Of a DNA stretch of 64,000 nucleotides, positions 27,483 through 37,712 are shown in pieces. The notes below the pieces were generated by a model. It saw nothing but the letters and a program-made list of their open reading frames with translations, made no database searches and had not been told where the DNA came from. The stretch covers positions 32,001 through 96,000 of the IMG/VR virus record IMGVR_UViG_3300021399_000117. One strand, written 5' to 3'. The stretch's first letter is position 1. Each line of letters begins with the position of its first letter. The DNA is from a virus (Duplodnaviria > Caudoviricetes). Made by a program: the position numbers and the translations under genes.

Positions 27483-27775
27483 GCGAACCAAAACCAATAG
27501 AACAACAGGGCAAGGAGTTTGCAGATTCACTACTGGAAGTAGTAGAGACGTCTGGCATCCAGTCTGAGTTAGATAATCCGAAAGAAGCATTCATGAGTGG
27601 ATGTTACTTTGGTGCTACTCAGGGATACAAGAGGGGTGTCAACTTCGCGTTAGTAGAAGCTATCAATCATCTGCCTGATATATATAACATGATAGTTGAA
27701 TCAGGGCATGACATGTCTATCAACTGGGTTGAAGAATATAAGAAATTACTAATCAAAAACATATTTGGAGCATGA
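27479..27775 (+). CDS. Hypothetical protein
   Basis: ATGA-coupled start MSEPKPIE. Confidence 0.6.
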   Translation: MSEPKPIEQQGKEFADSLLEVVETSGIQSELDNPKEAFMSGCYFGATQGYKRGVNFALVEAINHLPDIYNMIVESGHDMSINWVEEYKKLLIKNIFGA

Positions 27776-28569
27776 AATATATTGGGATACGTGGTCACAG
27801 AGGTGCTGGTAAGAGTACTGTGGCTTATCTATTAAGTAATACTATTCAATATTTACTGGATCACGGTGATGAACATCCTATTGAGCGATTCACAAAAGAG
27901 TTTAATGGCTGGTGTGAAGAGTTCCGCAACGATGAGACTTGCATATCCAGGTTGGAGTTAGACCGGGTCATCATTGAGGGATTCGGAGATACTCCTCGTA
28001 TGCTGTTGAGCATGTTGACGGGCATCCCTTACAGCGATATGTGGAATGACTACAAGAAAGACCACCAAGTTATCAACCTCAAGAATTTTGAAACAACTGA
28101 AGTAGACGACATCTCGTCCTTCCCAAATAAGTTATGGGAGGCGCGCGAATACTTCATCACCACCACAGCCTCTACCGATCCGGAAGAGCTAAAAGATGAT
28201 GTCTATATGACGCTCCGCGAACTGATTCTGTATTTCGGTATCTACGTTATGCAGAACGCATTTGGATTGAACGTCTGGATCAAGTCTCTAGTGGCTAACA
28301 GCTCGTTCTTCACTGGCCTCTTCCCGGACGACAAGAACGGATACAAGATTTTCCAGGATATCAAAGCACGTTCGGAGATATCCTATATCAAAGATAAAGG
28401 AGGAGTCATCATCAAAGTATCCCGTCCTGGTCACAAAAAGACTGGAGGTATGGATCTGCTCAAAGGCGATTCCCGATATGATTACGAAGTCAATATCACT
28501 GGCGAGCTGGAAGACCTCCGAGATCAGATATTAACCATCGCAAAAAGTATCATCAATGAAAAAGATTGA
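27772..28569 (+). CDS. Deoxynucleoside monophosphate kinase (T4 gp1-like)
   Basis: IGIRGHRGAGKST P-loop, TLRELILYFG, VWI, D....E...I...GG.II.V.R. Confidence 0.75.
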   Translation: MKYIGIRGHRGAGKSTVAYLLSNTIQYLLDHGDEHPIERFTKEFNGWCEEFRNDETCISRLELDRVIIEGFGDTPRMLLSMLTGIPYSDMWNDYKKDHQVINLKNFETTEVDDISSFPNKLWEAREYFITTTASTDPEELKDDVYMTLRELILYFGIYVMQNAFGLNVWIKSLVANSSFFTGLFPDDKNGYKIFQDIKARSEISYIKDKGGVIIKVSRPGHKKTGGMDLLKGDSRYDYEVNITGELEDLRDQILTIAKSIINEKD

Positions 28570-28765
28570 GATTAAAGGTTGGCCCGCTATCATAGCATTC
28601 GGAATCGTCACTTGGCCGTTCTGGTTGGCATACGGAGCATTACGGGGTATTGCTTGGTTGTTCATATGGATACTGTGCTATGGTATAATCAACCCTATCG
28701 AAAAACTATATAACTATATAAAAAGAAAACATCATGAAAGCGTATCGAATCGTAGTCGAAATTAA
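28556..28765 (+). CDS. Small membrane protein
   Basis: Hydrophobic core WPAIIAFGIVTWPFWLAYG.. Confidence 0.55.
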   Translation: MKKIEIKGWPAIIAFGIVTWPFWLAYGALRGIAWLFIWILCYGIINPIEKLYNYIKRKHHESVSNRSRN

Positions 28766-29003
28766 AGACCCCATTCATTCTCCAATCAAGTACATCAGTC
28801 CGAGAGTGTTCCTGTTCCTTCCGTTTAAGTGCGCGTACAAATACGAACAAGAGTTCATTGCTCAATGTAGGGTTCTTTTCAACACAGAAGAGCATGTATA
28901 TCCGGACAATCAAGAACTCAATGTCTATTACAAAGAGTATGAGATTCATCCTCTGCGCGACTTGGTAAACAGGGTGATCTGTGCAGTCAAATACTTTATG
29001 TAA
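28734..29003 (+). CDS. Hypothetical protein
   Basis: Co-directional ORF. Confidence 0.55.
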   Translation: MKAYRIVVEIKDPIHSPIKYISPRVFLFLPFKCAYKYEQEFIAQCRVLFNTEEHVYPDNQELNVYYKEYEIHPLRDLVNRVICAVKYFM

Positions 29004-29042
29004 TAGACGATTCCTTTTATTATTGAAAATAAACTACAGAAT

Positions 29043-29183
29043 ATGGCACTATTAGACGTTGTTGATAATATAAAGGAACATCTCTGTCATACTCATAAAC
29101 AGCAAGACAATCCCGCTGAATGGAATCTTCATAACATTTCGAACAGTGGTTCTTGGGTAGGGGAGACTATACAAAAAGACTGA
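29043..29183 (+). CDS. Small hypothetical protein (46 aa), not in ORF track
   Basis: MALLDVVDNIKEHL..; TTATTAT at 29017; terminator downstream. Confidence 0.45.
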   Translation: MALLDVVDNIKEHLCHTHKQQDNPAEWNLHNISNSGSWVGETIQKD

Positions 29184-29236
29184 TCTGTCATTCTGGGGAG
29201 TAAAACATCTTGCAAATAACCTCCATCATATATTTC

Positions 29237-29271
29237 AAAAGACTCAATGGTAAAACATTGAGTCTTTTTTT
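29237..29271 (+). terminator. Intrinsic terminator
   Basis: AAAAGACTCAATG-gtaaaa-CATTGAGTCTTTTTTT. Confidence 0.8.
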
Positions 29272-29283
29272 ATATATTTATAC

Positions 29284-29430
29284 ATGCAGATGCAGACCAA
29301 TGAAATAAAAATATTACATCCGGACAATCCAATGATTTGTCCATCCTGTGGGTCCAAACATGTACGCTGCTATGCGGGTATGATGACCAACAGATATGAG
29401 TGTCAGGATTGTCACAAGGAGTGGAGATGA
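29284..29430 (+). CDS. Small zinc-ribbon protein (48 aa), not in ORF track
   Basis: CPSCGS...YECQDCHKEW. Confidence 0.65.
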   Translation: MQMQTNEIKILHPDNPMICPSCGSKHVRCYAGMMTNRYECQDCHKEWR

Positions 29431-29434
29431 CAAT

Positions 29435-29725
29435 ATGTTACTAAAAGACAAACTAATTATGGTCTTCTACGTAGGTGTAAAAGACTGTGACATGATTCGT
29501 GCAGCCGAAAGATTAGCCGCGACGCGCAACCACTTTGAATCATTGAACGATGAGAGTGTTGAATTTATTTTCGTACCAAATTTCGAAACCCATTCCTGTA
29601 GAGTAGATGCCATTAACCCTCAACGTATTTCAGATGAGGAATACGAAAAGGTATCGGAGATGGTTGAGAACTACAAGAATCATCTAAAAAAATTCTACGA
29701 GAAACATGGCGAGGTTCAGGGATGA
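29435..29725 (+). CDS. Hypothetical protein
   Basis: Start MLLKDKLI follows the zinc-ribbon gene. Confidence 0.6.
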   Translation: MLLKDKLIMVFYVGVKDCDMIRAAERLAATRNHFESLNDESVEFIFVPNFETHSCRVDAINPQRISDEEYEKVSEMVENYKNHLKKFYEKHGEVQG

Positions 29726-30155
29726 TTTCATAGCGGCGCACCCAGCATGGCATTCTGGCCACATATTCGCAGATATGGACCAAGATACGAAAGACGGGTA
29801 TACTGATCTGTACATAGCTGCTGTTTATTGGATGAAAGGATATTTGAATGGTAGAACCATGCCTGAAGATGAGGCATTGAAATATGTGAGCATGCTCTCT
29901 AAACATATCTTGCCTATCATCATCAGATTGCGCCATAACTTCGATATTGATTATACTGACTTCAACAGACTGGTAAAAGAAGTGCTTGCGACTAAGGTAG
30001 AAGGAGTAGACGAGAGCAAAAGGAAGTATTTGGCTGATTTAGGTATTGATGCGGATGTCGAAATAATCCGGGTTATCAATGAGCAACAGGTTCGCAGAAT
30101 TGCCAGACTACATGGTTTTAGTGATCTCGAAATAGAACAACGCATATACTTATGA
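29706..30155 (+). CDS. Hypothetical protein
   Basis: Coupled to uvsW by an ATGA overlap. Confidence 0.65.
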   Translation: MARFRDDFIAAHPAWHSGHIFADMDQDTKDGYTDLYIAAVYWMKGYLNGRTMPEDEALKYVSMLSKHILPIIIRLRHNFDIDYTDFNRLVKEVLATKVEGVDESKRKYLADLGIDADVEIIRVINEQQVRRIARLHGFSDLEIEQRIYL

Positions 30156-31891
30156 TCAACGCGCTGTATAATCCTGCTGACTTAAGGTACATGTTCTTTA
30201 CAGGAGATATGACTGAGTTGGCTTCTTGTCGGGGAAAAGATAAAAAACATCGGCACCCCAATCTGGAAGACTATCTCAATCCGATTCCATCATACATGTT
30301 CTTGCCTTCCTTTAGAGGGGTACCAAAACCCGAGGTATTTCTCCATAAGTTCAAGAATACCAAAGGACAGATTGTGTACTACTGTCATAGCGGATTATGG
30401 AAGACCGTGTTTGATTGGTGTAAGAAAAAGAACATCGTTGTCGAGGTACAGAACCTGGATCAGTTCAAGTACACTGATTTTGATATGACTCTGGAAGAGT
30501 TCACTGAGTACGTTAACAACTGGGAGATCACACTCAACCCGTACCCATATCAGTTGAAAGCTGCCTGGTTGATACTTCACTACAGACAATCCCTGAGTCA
30601 ACTAGCTACTCGTGCTGGTAAGACACTCATTGCATACATCGTGTTCAGATATATGATTGAACACGGTGCTAACAAGATCCTTATGGTGGTACCCAACACC
30701 ACTCTTATCAAGCAGGCTGTTAAGGATTTCGATGATTATAAAGAATATTTCCTATCCGAGACCGTGTGGGCTGATGGGGAGACTGTCGAAGGAAGTAACC
30801 TGACCATTGGCACGTTCCAGTCTTTAGTCAAGAGAGCGGACAAACGTTCAGTCAAGTACGATCCACACTTTTTCGACCAGTACGATGTGGTATTAGTGGA
30901 CGAAGCCCACACCCTAGCATGTGACTCTATCAACACCATTCTCAATCAGCCGTTCGCCAAGAACCTAAAACTGAAATTTGGTTTCTCAGGATCCTTGCCT
31001 GATGAGAACACCATTGAGTCATTCTGCTGTCATGCTCTGATGGGTCCTACCATACAAGACATACGCAGTAAGGAGCTGATGGACGGAGGTTTTATCACCC
31101 CTATCGACATCACACAGATTCGCATTAAGCACGAGATGACCGAAGAACTCAGACAGACATACGTTCGTTGTGCAGAATATCTGAATAGCAACCCGGTTCA
31201 AGAAACATATATCAACAAGCGAGGTAAGTTGGAAAAACGAAATAAACTCCTGCCTGTCGATCAACGTGAGTTCACTATCCAGGAGGAGCGCCACTTGCCG
31301 TTAGTGCTTCGAGAGATGCAGAATGGGGACCCAGATGAGTACTTCGATTACCTGATCGATCTCTGTAAGGCACGAGGCAGCAATATCCTCATGCTAGAGC
31401 AGATGTTGGTGCATCGGGACAAAAAACGCCTAGATGTGATTGAAGAGTTATTAAACAGGATGCACAAGAATTGCATCGTGTTTGCACATCATACCGAATA
31501 TCTGAAGTTTTTACAAAAGTATTTCACAGAGAAGTTTCCGAATCGCCCCATATATCTCATTACTGGCAACACCGCAGAAAAAGCACGTGAAAAAATCATC
31601 CGTGCCCTACTTACTGACATGGGTGCCATTCTCTTTGCATCATATGGTTGTGTGGGTACTGGTCTGACTCTCAAGAACATCGATTACGGTATCTTTGCGC
31701 AGTCCTTCAAATCTCATATCATCAACAAACAAGCACTCGGTCGTGGTCTGTGTCTGGCTAACGATAAAGAAAAGTACTATTTGTTTGATCTGGTGGATGA
31801 GTACCCTACAGAACGACTAAAAGTACAAGGTATCGAGAAGATGAAACTATACAAGTCCGAGAAGTTCGATACACGTATTATCAAACGATAA
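30152..31891 (+). CDS. uvsW: UvsW-like SF2 DNA helicase
   Basis: PYPYQ, ATRAGKT, VPNTTL, DEAH, GFSGS, GTGL, QALGRGL, DLVD. Confidence 0.85.
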   Translation: MINALYNPADLRYMFFTGDMTELASCRGKDKKHRHPNLEDYLNPIPSYMFLPSFRGVPKPEVFLHKFKNTKGQIVYYCHSGLWKTVFDWCKKKNIVVEVQNLDQFKYTDFDMTLEEFTEYVNNWEITLNPYPYQLKAAWLILHYRQSLSQLATRAGKTLIAYIVFRYMIEHGANKILMVVPNTTLIKQAVKDFDDYKEYFLSETVWADGETVEGSNLTIGTFQSLVKRADKRSVKYDPHFFDQYDVVLVDEAHTLACDSINTILNQPFAKNLKLKFGFSGSLPDENTIESFCCHALMGPTIQDIRSKELMDGGFITPIDITQIRIKHEMTEELRQTYVRCAEYLNSNPVQETYINKRGKLEKRNKLLPVDQREFTIQEERHLPLVLREMQNGDPDEYFDYLIDLCKARGSNILMLEQMLVHRDKKRLDVIEELLNRMHKNCIVFAHHTEYLKFLQKYFTEKFPNRPIYLITGNTAEKAREKIIRALLTDMGAILFASYGCVGTGLTLKNIDYGIFAQSFKSHIINKQALGRGLCLANDKEKYYLFDLVDEYPTERLKVQGIEKMKLYKSEKFDTRIIKR

Positions 31892-31894
31892 AAG

Positions 31895-31941
31895 AAAAAT
31901 CGCATTATTGCTCGTTTATTTGAGTTCTAATGCGATTTTTT
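31895..31941. terminator. Hairpin/terminator at convergent junction
   Basis: AAAAATCGCATTA...TAATGCGATTTTT. Confidence 0.65.
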
Positions 31942-31987
31942 ATTTGGCTTAATAAAGTACTCAGCTCAAAAAAGATCTTTTGTTAAA

Positions 31988-32434
31988 TCAAGCTTTTTTC
32001 TTGTACCAGATAATCATTTCCATGGTGTCTTCAGGATCACCAGTAGGCTTGGTTATGTTGTATATTGTATAAATTTTATCAGTCTTCCATTCATCTTTAC
32101 TTATAGCAATAGTGAATCGGGCTTTGAGGAATCCGCGAAGTAGTACCATGATGTTTTGTGCAAAACCTATATATGGTACATTTAGTATGATAGCTGGTAG
32201 TTCACCTATATCAGTACCATGTACAGAATACCCTTTCTCAGGTTTGATGCCATTTTTCTTACAGTAGTTTTTGATATCATTCCATTTGAAGTATCGCGCA
32301 ATCTGAACATCGGTATAAGCATCATTACTCATGGTTATGTTCGAGATATCATAGACATCCTTCAGACGTTTCATGGACTGGCTGGCAATAACCTGTTCAT
32401 CGTCTAATATGGATTCGTACAGTGATTTCATCAT
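31988..32434 (-). CDS. Hypothetical protein with MKSLYESILDD leader
   Basis: Shared leader motif. Confidence 0.7.
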   Translation of the reverse strand: MMKSLYESILDDEQVIASQSMKRLKDVYDISNITMSNDAYTDVQIARYFKWNDIKNYCKKNGIKPEKGYSVHGTDIGELPAIILNVPYIGFAQNIMVLLRGFLKARFTIAISKDEWKTDKIYTIYNITKPTGDPEDTMEMIIWYKKKA

Positions 32435-33483
32435 GCATCGTATTTTTTGAATACCGCGTCTAACTTCTTACACAGCCCAAGAATGATTTCTTTGTAGTCG
32501 TCACGGTTCTTTAACAAACGCGACGAATCCTTGAAGTGACTATCTTTGTCCCTCAAATCAATAACAGCACCACAATACCTATTGTACCATATAAGTAAGC
32601 CATCTTTACCAATATAATCAGATGTTGTGTAAGAACGACCACCATTATGACGGCGCTGATCATATATCATCTCCATAATGCTCTTGAATGAATAACTACC
32701 TGATATTTCATACTTTTGTGGATCTTTCATGATGTTGGATGCCACTTTAGTCAGACGCGTCATAATATTCTGAACTGCATCGTCCACCTCTTTAGTGTCT
32801 TGAGATTGTGCAAACCTACGATCAGCTATTATAGTCTTCCACTTTTTGACAGCTGCATCAGCTAGTGCCTTGCAACGTCCGTAGTACGAGTCCCATCTAA
32901 CCCAGTCAGAGCGACCACCTGCATCTTTTCCAAGCACACCTTTAGTAAGATGCTGTGACTCGTGATCGGCGTCTGTTAGTTCCCAAGCCCCACTCCTAGC
33001 TCTCATACGTTCGTCTCTCAATTTGTCCACAAGATGTGCATCGATATATACCTTCACCAGATAGTCACAGCTAGCCAATATATCAAACTGTTCCTTCTGG
33101 GACTTATAATCACGGCCTCCTCCGATATCCATTCTAAACTTATCAGTATGGTTGGTATATACAATAGTTATGGAGGTGTCCCACGGATGGAAGATACATA
33201 CCAGTTCCTCATTCTTGAACCCGAATACTACGTACTGTTTAGTGTCCTTGCCTGCTTTGAGTCGACGGATTTTAACGAACTCGTCTTCGATGTCATCTAC
33301 ATCTACTATCTCCACATCATTCTTATCTATCTCAGACCATCGAAAAGCATTACCATCAGCAAAGATATCAGACCATTTCATACCTCTGTCTCGAAGGGTT
33401 TTCCAGGCTTGATATATATGTTTTTCCTTGAAGGCTTCACAAACCATCTCGGATTCATTGATAATTTCAATCAGATCTCTCAT
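32431..33483 (-). CDS. Hypothetical protein with MRDLIEIINE leader
   Basis: Likely start at 33483, immediately after the upstream gene's stop; leader motif. Confidence 0.7.
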   Translation of the reverse strand: MRDLIEIINESEMVCEAFKEKHIYQAWKTLRDRGMKWSDIFADGNAFRWSEIDKNDVEIVDVDDIEDEFVKIRRLKAGKDTKQYVVFGFKNEELVCIFHPWDTSITIVYTNHTDKFRMDIGGGRDYKSQKEQFDILASCDYLVKVYIDAHLVDKLRDERMRARSGAWELTDADHESQHLTKGVLGKDAGGRSDWVRWDSYYGRCKALADAAVKKWKTIIADRRFAQSQDTKEVDDAVQNIMTRLTKVASNIMKDPQKYEISGSYSFKSIMEMIYDQRRHNGGRSYTTSDYIGKDGLLIWYNRYCGAVIDLRDKDSHFKDSSRLLKNRDDYKEIILGLCKKLDAVFKKYDA

Positions 33484-33484
33484 A

Positions 33485-34030
33485 TTAGTAGATTGCATTT
33501 TGTTTTTTGACATCAGGGCAAGCCTTGTGTATATCTTTCCATTCGAACTCTTTACCACAGTTAACCGCTTTGAATAACTTGTTCGCCTTTTTTGGACACC
33601 CATCTAGTGATTTAAGTTTTGGGCAGTTGGTTATTGAGAATGTATCCACTTCTTCGGGTAGTTTAGGCAACTCTTCTAAGTTAGGGCAACCAGATATCAT
33701 CACTATCGGTGTGTGAGATGGAATGATCCGTTGTGGAATGATTTTACCGTCATATCCTTTGATAAACAAGCGGTTGCATCTCATGATGGTGGGAATCAAT
33801 TCTGGAATACTGCGTTCGGTGTCTTTCTTGGTCAAAATTATCTCACCAAGATCATCTATGAGACCATGCTGACCTTCAGGACCATCTTCAGTGCCGACAT
33901 ATCTACGACTCTTGAAACCGTGATTCTGCAGCCAACCGTAACCAGCCTCCTTCTTGATTTCATCGCTTTGTTCAACTTTGCCGAGGATATCGTCTTCGTT
34001 GTCTAATATGCTTTCAAATAGGTCTTTCAT
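33485..34030 (-). CDS. Leader-bearing protein with short Cys-LRR repeats
   Basis: MKDLFESILDNE leader; CPNLEELPKLP and CPKLKSLDGCPK repeats. Confidence 0.7.
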   Translation of the reverse strand: MKDLFESILDNEDDILGKVEQSDEIKKEAGYGWLQNHGFKSRRYVGTEDGPEGQHGLIDDLGEIILTKKDTERSIPELIPTIMRCNRLFIKGYDGKIIPQRIIPSHTPIVMISGCPNLEELPKLPEEVDTFSITNCPKLKSLDGCPKKANKLFKAVNCGKEFEWKDIHKACPDVKKQNAIY

Positions 34031-34104
34031 AAAATTTGTCTATTGCTAAATAATAATTGAGGTTCTTATATATTTTTATGTATAACTTCAACACCATAAC
34101 ACAT

Positions 34105-34893
34105 ATGAACAAGAACATTGTAGCGTTCGACGTAGAAACAACTGGGCTCAGTCCCCAAGAGGATTACATCATCTGGTTGGCTATGATTAAGATCGCAGCT
34201 GACACATTCCAAGTAATCGATACCCGTAATTGGTACATCAAGCCTATTCATGCCTATACTATTACACCAGGTGCGTTTGCGACACACGGGCTCACCAAAG
34301 AGTTTATTGAAGCTCATGGAGTCAATCTCAAGGACATAGCGCCAGAGATTATTGAGTTCGTCAAGGACTGCGATTATCTCACATACAACGGCAACTCATT
34401 TGATGTCAAGTTCATTCATAAAGACTTGGCGATAGTAGGGTTCGAGTTCCCAATGGAGGATAAGGTCTTCTATGATGCCTTCTCTATCTATAAGATCTAT
34501 CATCCGAGCACGCTTTCTGCGGTCTACAAGAACATGACCGGTAAAGACTTGGAAGACGCTCATGATGCGTTCGCCGATGTGAAGGCAACGATCGCCGTGT
34601 TTGAAGCACTTCAAAAAGAACAAAACGCTTCGCTTCAGGAATGGGCTGAGATGAAAGAGAACCAGATGTTATCTCCAGAAGGCTCTATCAAGCGAGCAAC
34701 CAATATGGGAGAGGCTGGAGACTATATAGTATTTGCAGTAGGCAAGTACAAAGACGCTGAGTTCTGTGAGGTGCTTCAAAAAGATTATGGTTACGTCAAA
34801 TGGTTCCTCACCAACGTAGCATCCGACTACACGAAAAACATGCTTCGAGAGTATTGTCGAAGAAAAAATGCCAGATATGCCCTTCCATCCTAA
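34105..34893 (+). CDS. DEDDh 3'-5' exonuclease (DnaQ/Pol III epsilon-like)
   Basis: FDVETTG, YNGNSFD, HDAFAD; C-terminal F..GKYK...Y..W domain. Confidence 0.9.
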   Translation: MNKNIVAFDVETTGLSPQEDYIIWLAMIKIAADTFQVIDTRNWYIKPIHAYTITPGAFATHGLTKEFIEAHGVNLKDIAPEIIEFVKDCDYLTYNGNSFDVKFIHKDLAIVGFEFPMEDKVFYDAFSIYKIYHPSTLSAVYKNMTGKDLEDAHDAFADVKATIAVFEALQKEQNASLQEWAEMKENQMLSPEGSIKRATNMGEAGDYIVFAVGKYKDAEFCEVLQKDYGYVKWFLTNVASDYTKNMLREYCRRKNARYALPS

Positions 34894-34974
34894 AAAGATG
34901 GATGAGTGTATATATATTATATTAGGGTTCAATATTGAACCATATATTGTTTCACCTTTTAATTTCATTTCTGA

Positions 34975-36255
34975 ATGAGCAAAATCATTTTTGCGAATCG
35001 AGTTCGAGTTGATCGCGCGTTCCTCGAACCGAAACCTCGCACTACCCAGAAGCCTCAAAAAGGCATGAATGGTAAAAAGAACTCTAAACGAGTCGAAGAG
35101 CCGGAAGAGCAAGAATACTGTAAAGTAATCTATCCTATTTGGGCATTACCTGAATCACGTGCACCGAAGTCCACAAAGGATTTCGAGTGGCCTAAGTACA
35201 ATACCAGCAAAGGCCACATCAAAGATTTCACCGAACTCTCAAAAGGCCTTACGATCATCGAGGCTTTCGAAGCAGGTCACGGCGTTACGATTCATGTTGA
35301 TCCAAAGATCGAAAATCAGGTGAATAATGCGCCAGCAGAGCTCCATGTTGGAGATGTGCTCGAAATGAACATTCGAAACATCAACAAGCACGGTGTAGAA
35401 TTTGACTGCCTGAACCTCAAACAGCAGATCACTTCCTGTGTGAATCTCAACAGGTACGAAATCTTCAAACACTTCATTCCCAAAGATCCAATCAAAGTTC
35501 GCGTAGTATCATCCACACGCGAAAAGGCTGTTGTCGATCCACTGTCTCCGATGTTGGATGAGTGGTTGAAACCGATTCTCGAGAACCCGGATTCCCAACG
35601 TGTAATCGACGCACCACAGACGGTCGAGGTAAAAGACCTCAGACTTACTAAAGGTGGTTTTGTAGGTCGCGCAGTGATCCCCAACATCAGTCGTTATTTG
35701 TCAGAAGATTACACCATCGAAGCATTCATCCCTGGATCACAGATTGTTCTCAACATTGAGGACGATTTCAACAAGTGGGTAGGCAAGACCGTGCGGGCGT
35801 TTGTCACAAACTATATCCCGAAACCAGGAAACATCAATCAGATGTCACTTATCTGTTCCGTCAAGGAATACCTCAAGTTCATCGGTGAGCGCAATATGGT
35901 GGATCTGTATAGTAAGTGGTGTGATGATGGCAAAGAATGGGATGCACTATCTCATGAAGTTCTTTCCGGACGCGTAACAGGCATCATCAACTCCTCAAAG
36001 AAATGTGGGGTATTCGTTGAAGTTCCTGCATTGAACATCACAGGCATGGTCAGTGTCAAAGCGGAAGAGCTTGTCAACTACAAACCGGGGGATCGAGTAG
36101 GGGTACGCCTTGCGAACTTCGAAGAGAACGTGTACTACGATGACACCTGGAAACAGCTTCGTCACGAGGAACCTTATCACATCGAGAACGGTATTCTTGC
36201 CAGGTGTAACTTGAAGCCGGTGCTGGAGTTCGTCACAGATGCCGGAGGCGTATAA
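34975..36255 (+). CDS. Ribosomal protein S1-like protein (multiple S1 OB domains)
   Basis: LHVGDVLE, GGFVG...EAFIPGSQI, GRVTGI...GVFVE...TGMV...YKPGDRV.V. Confidence 0.75.
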   Translation: MSKIIFANRVRVDRAFLEPKPRTTQKPQKGMNGKKNSKRVEEPEEQEYCKVIYPIWALPESRAPKSTKDFEWPKYNTSKGHIKDFTELSKGLTIIEAFEAGHGVTIHVDPKIENQVNNAPAELHVGDVLEMNIRNINKHGVEFDCLNLKQQITSCVNLNRYEIFKHFIPKDPIKVRVVSSTREKAVVDPLSPMLDEWLKPILENPDSQRVIDAPQTVEVKDLRLTKGGFVGRAVIPNISRYLSEDYTIEAFIPGSQIVLNIEDDFNKWVGKTVRAFVTNYIPKPGNINQMSLICSVKEYLKFIGERNMVDLYSKWCDDGKEWDALSHEVLSGRVTGIINSSKKCGVFVEVPALNITGMVSVKAEELVNYKPGDRVGVRLANFEENVYYDDTWKQLRHEEPYHIENGILARCNLKPVLEFVTDAGGV

Positions 36256-36274
36256 CCAAAATCTAAACAAAAAG

Positions 36275-36304
36275 AAAAGGAGACTCAAATGTCTCCTTTT
36301 TTAT
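36275..36304. terminator. Bidirectional terminator
   Basis: AAAAGGAGAC-tcaaat-GTCTCCTTTT. Confidence 0.8.
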
Positions 36305-36927
36305 TGCTCTTCTTCGAATGGTAGGAATTCGAAATCTATCTTGTTGTATTTGAAAGTCACGTCAAAATCACCTGATTCACGACTGGTTTTGTCGTATGAG
36401 AAATCCAGACCATCTATACCCTCAATATGACAGTTTATGAATTTAATACGGCCAGTCACTTCTCCGGTCTCATCGATTATTTCCATATACAGTATATCAT
36501 CATTCGACGAATCTATATGTTTGACAAACCTACGAAGCACTGTTTCATATAACATATAGTAGTTATATAGACCTTGATTCATTCTGAAGGTTACTTTGAA
36601 CTCACGCTCAATCTTCTCCAGCGGGTTAGTAGCAGACTTGTAAGTCACGGTATGCTGTGGTTCTACATTGATACGACCTAGACCAGCAGGTTTCTCACTC
36701 TCTCGTTTTACGGAATTGGACTCCCTTTGGGTCTGCTCCATAGTCAAACCAGATATACCTGGTATATGTATACTCTTGATAGACTCGTTGAGATAGTCGA
36801 TAGGAGTAGTGATAACACCAGCATTTTTGGACAATACTTTGAAATATTTTTCATGTATCTCGGGATCCAAAAAATCTTTAGGCAGATTGAATCGGAATAG
36901 ATCAAATCTTGGATTTAGCGATAACAT
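36301..36927 (-). CDS. Tail completion / tube-fold protein (T4 gp3-like)
   Basis: SIHIPGIS, F.VTF.M...L.NY, F.....GLDFSY, FDVTFKY; TTATTAT upstream. Confidence 0.6.
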   Translation of the reverse strand: MLSLNPRFDLFRFNLPKDFLDPEIHEKYFKVLSKNAGVITTPIDYLNESIKSIHIPGISGLTMEQTQRESNSVKRESEKPAGLGRINVEPQHTVTYKSATNPLEKIEREFKVTFRMNQGLYNYYMLYETVLRRFVKHIDSSNDDILYMEIIDETGEVTGRIKFINCHIEGIDGLDFSYDKTSRESGDFDVTFKYNKIDFEFLPFEEEQ

Positions 36928-36979
36928 ATAGATTGATGTATTTTCTTATATATTATAATAAATCAGTATACAATGATTT

Positions 36980-37702
36980 ATGGAAATTTCAGTATATGAT
37001 TACAATCTTCTAAAAGACAAGAAATACAATCTTGTACAAAACATTAAGTACTCAGAAGCAAAACCTGAAAAAATCAACGAATACAAGTCCCAGTTGAGTA
37101 AGATAGAAAAGGACATTCAAGAGGCAGAAAAACAAGATAACATCACCCATTATCTAGACTTATGTAAACGAAGGATTCGATTGCAGCAAACGATAGGCAG
37201 TTGGAAGTACTACAAAAAAGACGTCAGCAAGTTAGAGGAGACCCTGAAGTCTGTTCAACAAGAGATAGAGACACTGGAGTCTGTGACATATCATAATGTG
37301 TCGCCTATATCTTCTGAGTCTCCTCAAACGCAGCAATCCAATACTGACATCGAGAAAAAACTGGATGAAATCCTAAATAAGATACAAGCACCACAGTTAA
37401 CTCAGGTATCAGAACCGACTTATTATATTATAAATCTTGCCTGGTCCAAGGGTCAGGGTAACGAGATTATCAATGCTGTACGTGATTACCTGAATATGAC
37501 CAACTATATCGAGTCATATAGTGAGATGTCAGATGAACGGGACGAACATGTCTTCTCATGGAAGTACTCATATGATTCTTTCGAGGAGCAGGCAACGGCC
37601 AAAGCTATCCGGATGTGTGCAGGACATCTCTTGGATACTCTCAAGACTTGGAGATCAGGCATAACTGATGCGGAGATTTTTCACAAAGTACAAAAATATT
37701 AG
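36980..37702 (+). CDS. Hypothetical coiled-coil protein
   Basis: Heptad-rich N-terminal half. Confidence 0.65.
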   Translation: MEISVYDYNLLKDKKYNLVQNIKYSEAKPEKINEYKSQLSKIEKDIQEAEKQDNITHYLDLCKRRIRLQQTIGSWKYYKKDVSKLEETLKSVQQEIETLESVTYHNVSPISSESPQTQQSNTDIEKKLDEILNKIQAPQLTQVSEPTYYIINLAWSKGQGNEIINAVRDYLNMTNYIESYSEMSDERDEHVFSWKYSYDSFEEQATAKAIRMCAGHLLDTLKTWRSGITDAEIFHKVQKY

Positions 37703-37712
37703 TATACTATAA

